Source: Tubulanus polymorphus
Taxonomy: Eukaryota > Animalia > Nemertea
DNA: 64,000 nucleotides
NCBI RefSeq assembly: GCF_964204645.1
Contig: NC_134034.1
Location: forward strand, 2,232,072-2,296,071
Direction of reading: 5' to 3'
The position numbers and the translations under genes are program-made. A model generated the notes under the pieces. That model did no database searches, was not told where the DNA came from, and worked only from the letters and a program-made list of their open reading frames with translations. Positions within the stretch are counted from its first letter, which is position 1. Each line of letters begins with the position of its first letter. Of the stretch, positions 50,901-59,900 are shown one piece after another.

Positions 50901-53900
50901 TTAGTAGAATGTACAACTACCGCAGTACCAAGTACTACTACAACTACCACAGAACCAAGTACCACTACAACTACCGCTGAACCAAGTACCACTACAACTA
51001 CCGCAGTACCAAGTACAACTACCACTACCGCAGTACCAAGTACCACTACATCTACCGCAGTACCAAGTGCCACTACAACTACCGCTGAACCAAGTACAAC
51101 TACCACTACCGCAGTACCAAGTACTACTACAACTACCGCAGTACCAAGTACCACTACAACAACCACAGAACCAAGTACCACTACAACTACCGCAAAACCA
51201 AGTACCACTACATCTACCGCAGTACCAAGTACCACTGCAACTACCGCAGTACCAAGTACCACTACATCTACCGCAGTACCAAGTACCACTACAACTACCG
51301 CAGTACCAAGTACCACTACAACTACCGCAGTACCAAGTACCACTACATCTACCGCAGTACCAAGTACCACCACAACTATGGTGATTAGCAAGTATCAACG
51401 GATTGATTCTAACGACGCATCGATTCTGCAGGCAGTTCAAATTTGTAGATCTCGGATCGAATGCGCCGTCTTATGTAGCCGTAACACTGACTGTACAGGG
51501 GTCACGTGTAAGCGCACTTCCGGTCAGTTGAAGTGTCAACCGTACACAGCAGTTACACGCAGCTTTGTGCAGCCGCAAACAGCGACAAACATTCAGAATG
51601 AGATGTCATTCTACAAGAAACAATGCTAACTCTACCGAAAGAGGGCGTTACAGCTTACATCATACATTACCTTTATGCTTGTAACTAAGCAAAAACACTA
51701 CATCCGATTTCTACATGATAGGCGGATATTACAACACGCCACCTAGCGCAGGGATATTGAACTGAGACCCGCAATGCAAGCGATATGCTCGATGCGCCAC
51801 CTAACGGATGGCAGTTGGATATTTGTGATGAGCTTTTCTGAGGAACACAAAATATCTAACACTTTTAAGGTTAATATGTTCTTATGTTCATGCCGTTCAA
51901 TGTACATACACGCGGGTAGATGAGGGAACACGGTGCCACTTTTTGACTGGTACCTTTTTCTTCGTGCACCTTTACTTTTGTTATGCTATTTCATTTTCTT
52001 AAGCCACAGTCAAAATGTTATCCAAAACATTTGTGAGCTTTATTGACATTTAAGTGCTTGTATCATATACGTGCATTATAAGAGTGTTTCTAGAAAATCT
52101 TCTCGATTTTTAGTGGAGATGATTATGATGATATTGAATAATAATCATTTGTCCTCGATTTACAATACGATTTCGTGCAAAAAAAGGAAACCAAAAAACC
52201 GCACAAAGGGGCACAATTATGAATATGGCCATTCATGGATAACTAGAGTATAATAAGCCTTAGTTTATAGTTGGTTATCGAAGTGTCAGCAGAAATCCTG
52301 AAGATAAAACTCGTCTCAGCATTCCCAAAATGGTCTAGGTTACCCATATATCACCGCAGTGGCGAATTCCTACCATGGTGATATCGCAGATGATGGTCGC
52401 TGGGCGCTGTGAGGAGCACTCTACTTTCAAGATCTTCACCCGACCCGAATTGAGGGTTCCCGGGGAAAGACTTTCAAAGAATCTTAAATAGTAATCAAAT
52501 ACTCACGCTATTGCGTCTATCATGTCCAAACCCATTTCTACGCAGCATTTCGCGTGGTCGGGCCTCTGGTCGGGTAACCCGCTAACGCAATAATAACAAT
52601 CGCCCAATATCTTTATTCGTAAACAATGGTTCTCCTGAAAATTTAAATTCCAATTTAAAAAATCTTAGTACCGAGTCCCACTACAAATACCGCAGTAAGT
52701 ACCACCAATACAACTAGGAAAACGCCGAGAGAAGAACCCAGAAAAGAATTATTTTCCTCGGCACATTTTCTGTGATTATAAAATCAAAAACCACTCTGTA
52801 CAAATTAAAAAAAAGATTAAAAACAAAATTTGCTCGATCGAAAATTGAAATAAAGATGGGACGAAATTTCGAAATCATCGTCTTAGTTTAATTCTTGATA
52901 AGTAAATTTTGTTTTTTTGACTTTTCGATGTGTAGAGGAATTCGACCTTATGTTCCGATGTTATGATTGCGACTATTCCAGTAGAACGGATTTCGTAGAT
53001 TTTATATCGGCGGAACGGTGTGTTTTCTATCGACCGTAGAGTGGCGCCCTCTTCGCGCCGGTTAAAATCGCGGTCGATTGAAAGATTAGACTTACCTCGG
53101 CGAGTTGGTCGAATCTGCCGAATAATTCGTTGAGTATTTTCACTAATTCCTGAGCCGTGCACTGAGACGACAGCGCGGTAAAACCGACGATGTCCGCGAA
53201 CAGAATACTGAAATATATGAAACCGTCGTTTCAGGTACGTCATTATCATGGGGGTTGTCTTACGGTCGTGTTTTAGAAATGTTTCAGTTCAAACGCATCT
53301 AAATTCTGGTTTTAGGATGATAGATATGGAGCCTTATCCGATTTAAGTTCTATAGCCAATCGGCGTAACAACTTGAGACCGGTCTCTTATTCATTATGGT
53401 TCTATAACCAATCTAACAACAATCTAATAGTCTTAGGGACGTATCTAGCAAGGGGCCGTTGCCCTTATTGCAAAATAGCTAAATATTTCTTTTTTTTTAC
53501 CCGATAGAACACTGGACCAGTTGCTCAAACGTTGTTTAATTCTAACCTGTCATTGAACTTAACGACTCACTGTTCCCTGATGAGTCGTTGATTAAACACA
53601 CCTTTGACGACTGGTGAGAATTATCGCTCAAATACTGTTTAAGGCTTAAACAACGTTTGAGCAACAACCCTAAAATTCATATGCCTGGTACGGCCCTGTC
53701 AGTCTAAACTCAGTTTGGTTCTACGGCCAATCTAGCAAATGAAATTGTCACAAAGACCAGTTCAAGATCATCTCTTTTCATTAGTTTTCGTGTTTGACTT
53801 TTAACCGGGGCCTGGATTTTTCAGATGGTCTCTTGACGGAGAAAGTATTGTTTCTTTATAAGTACAAATAAGTACCTTTAGGCTTTTGAATACTTCTCAT

Positions 53901-54540
53901 AGACATTTTGTAATTGTGTTCATGCAAAAATTTTCTAACCTGACGTTATTGTGTCTTTGGATGTAGATTTTATGGAAAATGCCTTCGTGCGGTCGTCGAA
54001 TATCGTGCTTCATTTCCATAGCGACGTGTTCGGGCAAAACGCTCAACAGTAACCTCTCCTGGAAATAGAAAATAGTAAAAGAAAAATTAAGGGGTAGGGG
54101 TAGGGGTAGAGGTCTTGCTTGCCCTCGGCTCTGATTGCAAACATCTTTTTGACCGGAACAATTATACATTGATAAGTATAGTTATCATTGTATTGTTACT
54201 ATGAATTACTGGTCCTGTGTGAGTCGAATGTGCACTACGTCATCAATAATGGCGTGGTTAAAAAAATTACAATGTGTTAATCGGAAAACTTAATCCTCAA
54301 AAGAATATTTCACTCGATTATCGTTAGATCGTTCAAGAGATTCGTTTTCGTTTTCACGAACATCCGCTAGATGGCAATGCGATCTCTCACCAGTTTCTCG
54401 TTCAAGTCTTCCATTTCCAGGCGTTGAGAAATGCACAGCCGCGTCTCGACGAAAGCCTTGTTCTGCGCATGATCGGTGACCCGGTGTATGAGCACCCCCG
54501 CGACGTTCACCGAAAAGAAAATGGCGGCGTTCGTGACGTA
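29949..54540 (-). CDS. ADCY1: Ca2+/calmodulin-responsive transmembrane adenylyl cyclase (rutabaga/ADCY1 type), 19 exons from late M1 to the stop; 5' exons not found in the window
   Basis: Exons, in frame: 54540-54391, 54058-53940, 53207-53096, 52634-52507, 42422-42264, 41772-41631, 41036-40860, 39225-39185, 38134-37993, 37449-37352, 36898-36814, 36592-36497, 36134-35869, 35109-34989, 34816-34697, 34403-34257, 33880-33664, 33439-33315, 32756-29949. C1a: [48 protein letters not shown]1b [30 protein letters not shown] matches the AC1 CaM-binding segment ([31 protein letters not shown]). C2a: [60 protein letters not shown]. Confidence 0.93.
33218..33290 (-). pseudogene. tRNA-derived SINE head or tRNA pseudogene; similar B-box relics at ~3670, ~7055, ~21405, ~38280, ~61115
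   Basis: A-box TGGCCGAGTGG and B-box GGTTCGAATCC are present, but there is no paired acceptor or anticodon stem. Confidence 0.5.
35563..35635 (+). tRNA. tRNA-Arg (anticodon TCG), antisense within a cyclase intron
   Basis: Acceptor GTCCGCG/CGCGGAC; D arm; anticodon stem TCTGA-CT TCG AA-TCAGA; T arm GCAGG-TTCGAGT-CCTGT; followed by a T-run Pol III terminator. Confidence 0.96.
37135..37272. mobile_element. PIF/Harbinger-like MITE, 138 bp; partial relative in the MED1 3'UTR (~2183-2240)
   Basis: TIR GGGCCGGTTGCATAGTCATGGCTT / AAGTCACGACTGTGCAACTGGCCC, with CTG duplication at 37132-37134 and 37273-37275. Confidence 0.85.
38660..38980. repeat. Array of the dispersed ~77-bp satellite-like repeat; other arrays at ~19240-19700, 24960-25120, 33955-34220, 41870-42150, 43460-43650, 48380-48770, 55420-55710
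   Basis: Recurrent unit ~ACTACTGYGGCAATAGAGGATTCCACTTGTGGCAAGTGAGGATCCACCAGGTGTCGCTAGTGTGCAGTAGGACATCA, found in both orientations. Confidence 0.85.
39928..40091 (-). ncRNA. RNU1: U1 spliceosomal snRNA (variant), copy 2, sense within a cyclase intron
   Basis: Reverse complement of 23042-23205, apparently identical over the transcribed region; shares the upstream PSE/TATA-like block at 40092-40151. Confidence 0.95.
41258..41602. repeat. Degenerate ~45-bp tandem array derived from the internal part of the 37135-37272 MITE
   Basis: Units ~AACAACTTAAGACCAGTCTAAGCYCATTTTRGTTCTATARCCAATCT. Confidence 0.75.
42681..43071. repeat. Pentanucleotide microsatellite: short (GTATT)n grading into ~67 perfect (GCATT) units
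   Basis: Read directly; it accounts for the six MQCNA/HCIAL ORFs. Confidence 0.98.
43121..43251. mobile_element. PIF/Harbinger-like MITE; relative at ~53514-53670
   Basis: TIR GGACCGGTTGCTCAAA / TTTGAGCAACTTGTCC, with CTG duplication at 43118-43120 and 43252-43254. Confidence 0.8.
44176..46697 (+). CDS. Secreted F-type lectin + Thr-rich mucin stalk + PAN/apple protein, paralog 2, 4 exons, ~443 aa, nested antisense in cyclase intron 42423-52506
   Basis: Exons 44176-44248, 44708-44941, 45593-45820, 45901-46697 (1332 nt, in frame). Signal [58 protein letters not shown]. (E/G/V)PSTTTTT(A/T) 27-bp repeats at ~45919-46394. [25 protein letters not shown] at the stop. Confidence 0.88.
45163..45501. 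mobile_element. Long-TIR non-autonomous element (CATCCTCCC family), copy 3, in intron 2 of lectin paralog 2
   Basis: Highly similar to 27651-27988, with the same inverted arms. Confidence 0.85.
49092..51629 (+). CDS. Secreted F-type lectin + Thr-rich mucin stalk + PAN/apple protein, paralog 3, 4 exons, ~416 aa, nested antisense in cyclase intron 42423-52506
   Basis: Exons 49092-49140, 49964-50194, 50583-50810, 50887-51629 (1251 nt, in frame). Signal [56 protein letters not shown]. (V/E)PSTTTTTA repeats at ~50911-51377. [21 protein letters not shown]. Confidence 0.88.
49632..49877. repeat. 59-bp minisatellite x4; related GGGGATGTAGAAACTAC units at ~20630-20720, 36210-36470, 62970-63100
   Basis: Unit AATGGAGATATAGAAACTACTGGGATATGTGGCATTGTCAAACATAAAATTTACATAGT. 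Confidence 0.9.
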
Positions 54541-55880
54541 CTGAAAAATATAACGAGTCGGAAATGTTTTAGAATAAAGTCAAAATCAAGATTTGTACAA
54601 ATATTTTTAATAGCACTAATTCGTGTTTGGATTCGTGTTCGTGTTACTGGCTGTATCAATGATTGTGTTTGTGTACGTGCCCGTGTCCGTGTTCGTGTCC
54701 GAGTCCGCGTCCGTATTCGTTTTTTTTGTTATATTGGTAGTTTTCGTTTTGATTCTTTGGTTTCGCGTTCGACGATATCCTTAACGGTTTTGATTTTCTA
54801 GTAAATATTCCATTTCAAACGACTTTTGACATATTATATCTATCCCGATGACTGGCGGACATTTGACTGCATATATCGGGGTTAGTCGCGCTTGTCGTTA
54901 GATAAACGGTTCAATACATAATATCCAATACAGCGTCTAGAATCACGAGCATCATTTTCCTTCAAAAATCGACTAGTCGTTTTTTTTCCCTTTCTAATAA
55001 TAGTAAAAACAGCCGCCGGCTTTGTATACGCGCGCTTAAAACGTATCAATTCACGACGCCGGAACAGTTCCATCCAGTCGCGTATCAAACAACGATCTAT
55101 TAGGCTTTTATGCGTTTCTCGAAATGTACACATTCATCGGAAGATGAACACAACGCACCACGCAAATTGAAGAAGGCGTTTAAAGGCACGCGCTATGATG
55201 TCTAAAGTGGTTTGTTCTAGGCGGTTATACTCAGTTGTCGATCTGCTGCACAGCGAATTGAAAGGAAATATAATTGGTTATTTCTCTTGTTCTGGCGGGT
55301 AATTCTATTCCGAAGTTTCATCAGTGTCAGTGGGGAGAATATGCAACGCGAGCTAATAAGTTCACCTTGCGCGCTACTTGTTGCATAGGCCTGCGATATA
55401 TAGACTTCATCGGGTAGCAGCGAGGCTTCTGCGGCAACGAAAGATTCCACTAGCGGCAAGTGAGGATATGCAAGGTGTTGCTAGTGAGCAGAAGGATATC
55501 ACTGCGGTAACAGAGGATATTCCACGTGTGGCAAGTGAGGATGCAAAAGGGGCGCTTGTGTGCAGGCATCAAATTCTGCGGCAATAGAGGATTCCACTTG
55601 TTGCAAGTGAGGATCCCCAGGAAAAGACATCACCCATTGCAGCATTGGAGGTTTTCACTTGTAGCAAGTGAGGATCTAACCAGGTGTCGCTAGTGTGCAG
55701 TAGGACAATGATAGACGATACCGCTTGACGTGGTAAAAAGTCAACTTTTCTAATCAAGTAAACTAATTATCAATGAAAATTTTAAAACCGAGAGTAGAAC
55801 AGTGAATCATCCCCTTTCAGTTCAAAGTTAAATGTAATATATTTGAAATAAGTTATCAAGTTGAACGAAAAAGGATACAC

Positions 55881-55953
55881 CGCCCGGTATGGGACTCGAA
55901 CCCAGGACCCTCAGGTTAAAAGCCTGATGCTCTACCGACTGAGCTAACCGGGC
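55881..55953 (-). tRNA. tRNA-Lys (anticodon TTT)
   Basis: GCCCGGTTAGCTCAGTCGGTAGAGCATCAGGCTTTTAACCTGAGGGTCCTGGGTTCGAGTCCCATACCGGGCG. Acceptor GCCCGGT/ACCGGGC; anticodon stem TCAGG/CCTGA; one C:T mismatch at the base of the T-stem; downstream TTTTT terminator. Confidence 0.9.
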
Positions 55954-57506
55954 TCACGTACGCCATCTGGTGCAATACTTGGATTTGTACAAGCAAACCG
56001 CATTGAACAATGGGTTTACGATTTTCACGATTGATTTAGGTTTTCTAATCGGCCTGTATTTGATCAGCAATCAATATAGTTAATGTTAGACTGGTTGCCG
56101 CCAGCGAACGGACTGGTGCTCGTAAATAGAGAGTTATCAGTTTTTTTTCGAAAAGGAGGAAAACGTTTTATTCTGAATACTGGCTTTATCTGCGTTTGAC
56201 AGATCGTGTTATAATTCGAGTCGAATCAGAATCCATCAGGAGTCTAGTTGAGCGTACAGTTGACGTTTTGTTTTCCAATACGAGCTTCGCGGATTCAGCT
56301 CGCAGTGTTTCATGATCGATACCATTGAAAACCTTTACAGGACCTCAACTGGCATCCCCAATGCGCACCAGCATCGCTAGTATTCTACCACCAGCTAAAA
56401 CATTGAACTATTCGCGATCACTGGATCCACGAATCGGCAAAGCCATCTTCATTAAATCCATCATTACAAAAGAATTATCGACCGTTAGGTTTCTAAATTG
56501 GTCGCAGAGCGAAAGCGAGTGTCAGTTTCCGAGCGCGCGCGTGATTTACCGGTAAAGAATCTAGCCGGTTATCGGTGGAGTCGTGTTCACAGACAGATGT
56601 TGTCATTTCCTCGACAACGAACCGGAAGACTGCAGTTGGAATCTCGTTAAAGGAACCGATTGTTAATTATCGGCGTATCAATCAATTTGTAGTCCAGGCG
56701 ATGATATCGGTTTGCCGGGACACTCGATAAACAACCTAGTTTAAAAGACTGGTTAGATTTATAAACTCGGAGCTAGTTTTTGAATACAGGTTTTGCTTTT
56801 AACCGTTGTTCCACCGTACCCAGTTGCGCAGTCAATATTCCAAATTTAAGTCCAGAAATAATTCCGTTAATGTCTTTGTCCGAACGGTCTTAATTTGCTC
56901 GATAGACGGGATAAGTAAGATGGTCTTTGACGGGTTCTTTATCAATGCTATGACTTTGCAACTGGCCCCATATGTATCAGTTATATATGCCCGGTTTCAA
57001 GCCCTTGCCCCATCTCAATCCAGACTTAAATCATTTAACCTAAAACTGGTAACTGGTATCAGTCATCGGATTAAAACCTAAGCTAGGTCTACGATCTAAA
57101 CATGAACTGAGCCTTTTTTCAGGTATTTTTCACTGGTCCATCGTGTGCTGACCATATCATTGACATATGCCAGGTATGTACCACCAAGAGCTAGACAACC
57201 CAGCGCCTGCTCAAGCAAAGTTGAAATAAACATTAGCAACCGGTGGTTCGACTTAAAATTGCAGTTTATAAAACTGTGTACTGGGTTAAGTGGTCTCCAC
57301 ATCTAACTCTCGAAAGCAAAACCATATTCAGACAAACCTAACGGTATCAATTCCCAAACGGTTTGTATTGATTTTAGCGTTTTGAAATGTTTCAACTCTC
57401 GCATCAGATTCGCAATTTCCCACAAACACTCTCACGAAATTGAATCGAATTTTAAAACTTATCTCGTATGATAAGGTGGTAATGGGCCGCGACCCCGCCT
57501 AATTGG

Positions 57507-57564
57507 TATAAATCTCATTCTCGCTCACTGTGCAGATCCATTTTACAGCCGATCGACACACAAG
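57507..57564 (+). promoter_or_regulatory. TATA box and short non-coding first exon of helical precursor gene A
   Basis: TATAAA at 57507-57512; strong donor AAG|gtaaga at 57564/57565; the acceptor lies immediately before the ATG at 57854. Confidence 0.6.
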
Positions 57565-57853
57565 GTAAGATTCAAATATGTACATGCCCCCACACTCCCA
57601 AGATCTAAGATTCAGTTGATTGATTCACGATTTTAATCAAAATGTAGATGATTTTTCTGACATCTAACTACTAACAGCTGACTTCTAGCATATCCAGTGT
57701 AAAAGTGAATTCCCTGATGGCAACAATAGATTTCCCGGCCTTTCGTTGATGTGCAACGAAGAAATATAAGCAAAGAGGACTTAAGCGAACCTAGCGGACC
57801 CTCGCTTGCCACAACAGAAGACTTTATCCGATTCGTTTTCTATTTCGTTTCAG

Positions 57854-59900
57854 ATGAAATCGTTTGCAGTACTGCTCGTTCTTTCCGCCGTGTTCGTGGC
57901 GGCGACCTACGCTTCGCAGAACGAGGTTTCGGAAAAATCGAAAACCTTAGTCGACCACGTGAAAGACAAATACCAACAGACGAAGGATGCGCTGACCGAC
58001 GCTTTGACGATGAAAATGAAGGATCTCGGTAAACTAGCTCTGCAACAGGTCAAGAAAGCGGCGATCAATGCCGGAAAAGGTAAATAATGAATTTCATATA
58101 GTAACGGTAATCCTAGCATAGTTCTAGCATGTCCAACTGGGACTCGTGACGAACAGAAGACCAAGAAACTGAATTTTTTCTGACTTTCTAACGAACTAGC
58201 TTGAAGCGTTTTGTCAGGCCCAAAAAGGCGATGTTTGCTGTAAAGTACGTATCAAAAGAAAAAATCCGTATGTAAAGAAAAAATCTTTACATGAATAATA
58301 TTGTTCTAACAACTCATGTATTGAAATAAGGGACGGTTTTCGGGGTTGTTTGACCTAGTGCGGAGAAGACACCGGGCCGAAAAAAGATAAGTGTATTATA
58401 TGTCCGACCAAGACGTTGTTCCCGAAGATTATAGTTTATCATATCCCCGCTCCGTGAGAAATGGAAAGGTTTGTCTTAAGCGGAATAAACAAGAGTAGTC
58501 GATCGATACAAGTATCTCTGATCGAAATCACTAACAGATGAAACTATAATACAGTGACTACAAATTATTTGCGAAAGTTTGGCCCGAAGATTCGACCACA
58601 ATGTATGAAATGATATATACAGATCCCAGCTCCACTTTATTTGCGGTTTTTCGATGAGAAAGACTAAGGGAGTGATAGAGTTCAGCTCCTTTAGTTATCA
58701 TGCATAAAAATAGCTTCTTAGCCAGATAGCCGTTAGTATAACAAGACTGACCATTTATAGTTACAATATATCGATATAGTTATAAGTTCTGAACAAATTA
58801 TATATATTTATTCAAATATTTCAATAAAAACATTAACTTCTTAAATCTATTCTAAATCATAATACGTTCTTATCTGTAAATTCACTCAATCTATCGACTC
58901 AGCAGGTGCTTAAGATGAGTTCTTAATAGGACAGATCAATTTTTAAGCATGGTGATAATACAGTATCATGATGTTTGAACGCCAAAATAAATGCCTGGTC
59001 AAATAGATTAATATTTGTTGATTGTACGTCCGCGTATGTTCGGTTTCAAAGCTGAATCATATTTGATACGTTTACACAGTGGTTGCATATTAGGTTCTAA
59101 TCTGTCAATGTATTTTATTCTATGTATCGATATTTCAATTTACCTACTACAATTCCCATCATTCTGAATGGCTTTGCAGAAAACCCGTCATCGCTGCTTG
59201 GCGGCTATATTTATTAATGGGATTTTCCTCTGTTGAATCGGAAACAAGCGTGTTAAACAAGTGAACGTTATCGATCGGTTCTTTTTTTCTTTACAGCTAA
59301 ACTGATGGAAATCGTCGCGAAAAAAGGAATCGAACTGATCATCACCGGTATAGGAAAACGAGATCTGGGTATGCAGGAGATTACGCAACTGGTTTCCGGC
59401 GCCATCGATAAACTGGTCGAAACGGCCGACCGAATTGAAAAACGCGCCGAACGAAAATACGAAGCGGCGATCGATCAGTTAAAACTGGCGATGAAAGATT
59501 TCAACAAATCGGAGACGGTCAAAGCCACAAAAGAAGATATAAAACAAAAGCTAGTTACTCTCGAAAAGGCCTTCCGACACGCTTTAGGTAAACCGTTTTT
59601 TAAGCTTTCGTTTGATATTTCAAATCGGGAAAATAGACAATACACGTGTGAGAGAATAATTTTCATTTTTGGCGTAAATTATTACGGGAAATTTCTGCAT
59701 TAATCGTTTAACATTTCCTATTAGTTCTATTTACCAGATTTCATAGCTAGAAATTGAAATTTTAGATACTCAAATTGTTCGTTATTCTATTTACAGAAGA
59801 GTCGGCCGCCGGAGTGTGCGACCAAATTATCGATGCTGTTAAATACATCGTAGCAACTAAAAAAACGTTGTTGCAAAAACTGAATCATGTTTCAAAATAA
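57854..59900 (+). CDS. Secreted amphipathic alpha-helical precursor A with a GKR amidation/cleavage site, 3 coding exons, 206 aa, uncharacterised
   Basis: Exons 57854-58079, 59297-59587, 59797-59900 (621 nt, in frame). Signal MKSFAVLLVLSAVFVAATYA; ...KAAINAGKAKLMEIVAKKGIELIITGI-GKR-DLGMQ...; AATAAA at the stop and again at ~59909. Confidence 0.85.

Noticed and set aside
45767-51440. Poly-Val and Cys/Trp-rich (CSGTWYCG) ORFs on the minus strand, and Gln/Pro ORFs in other frames
   Set aside because: Antisense and off-frame shadows of the Thr-rich mucin repeats.
54091-54112. (GGGGTA)n as a possible G-quadruplex or telomere-like repeat
   Set aside because: Only three full G-tracts; better explained as part of the pyrimidine-rich tract upstream of the minus-strand acceptor at 54059.
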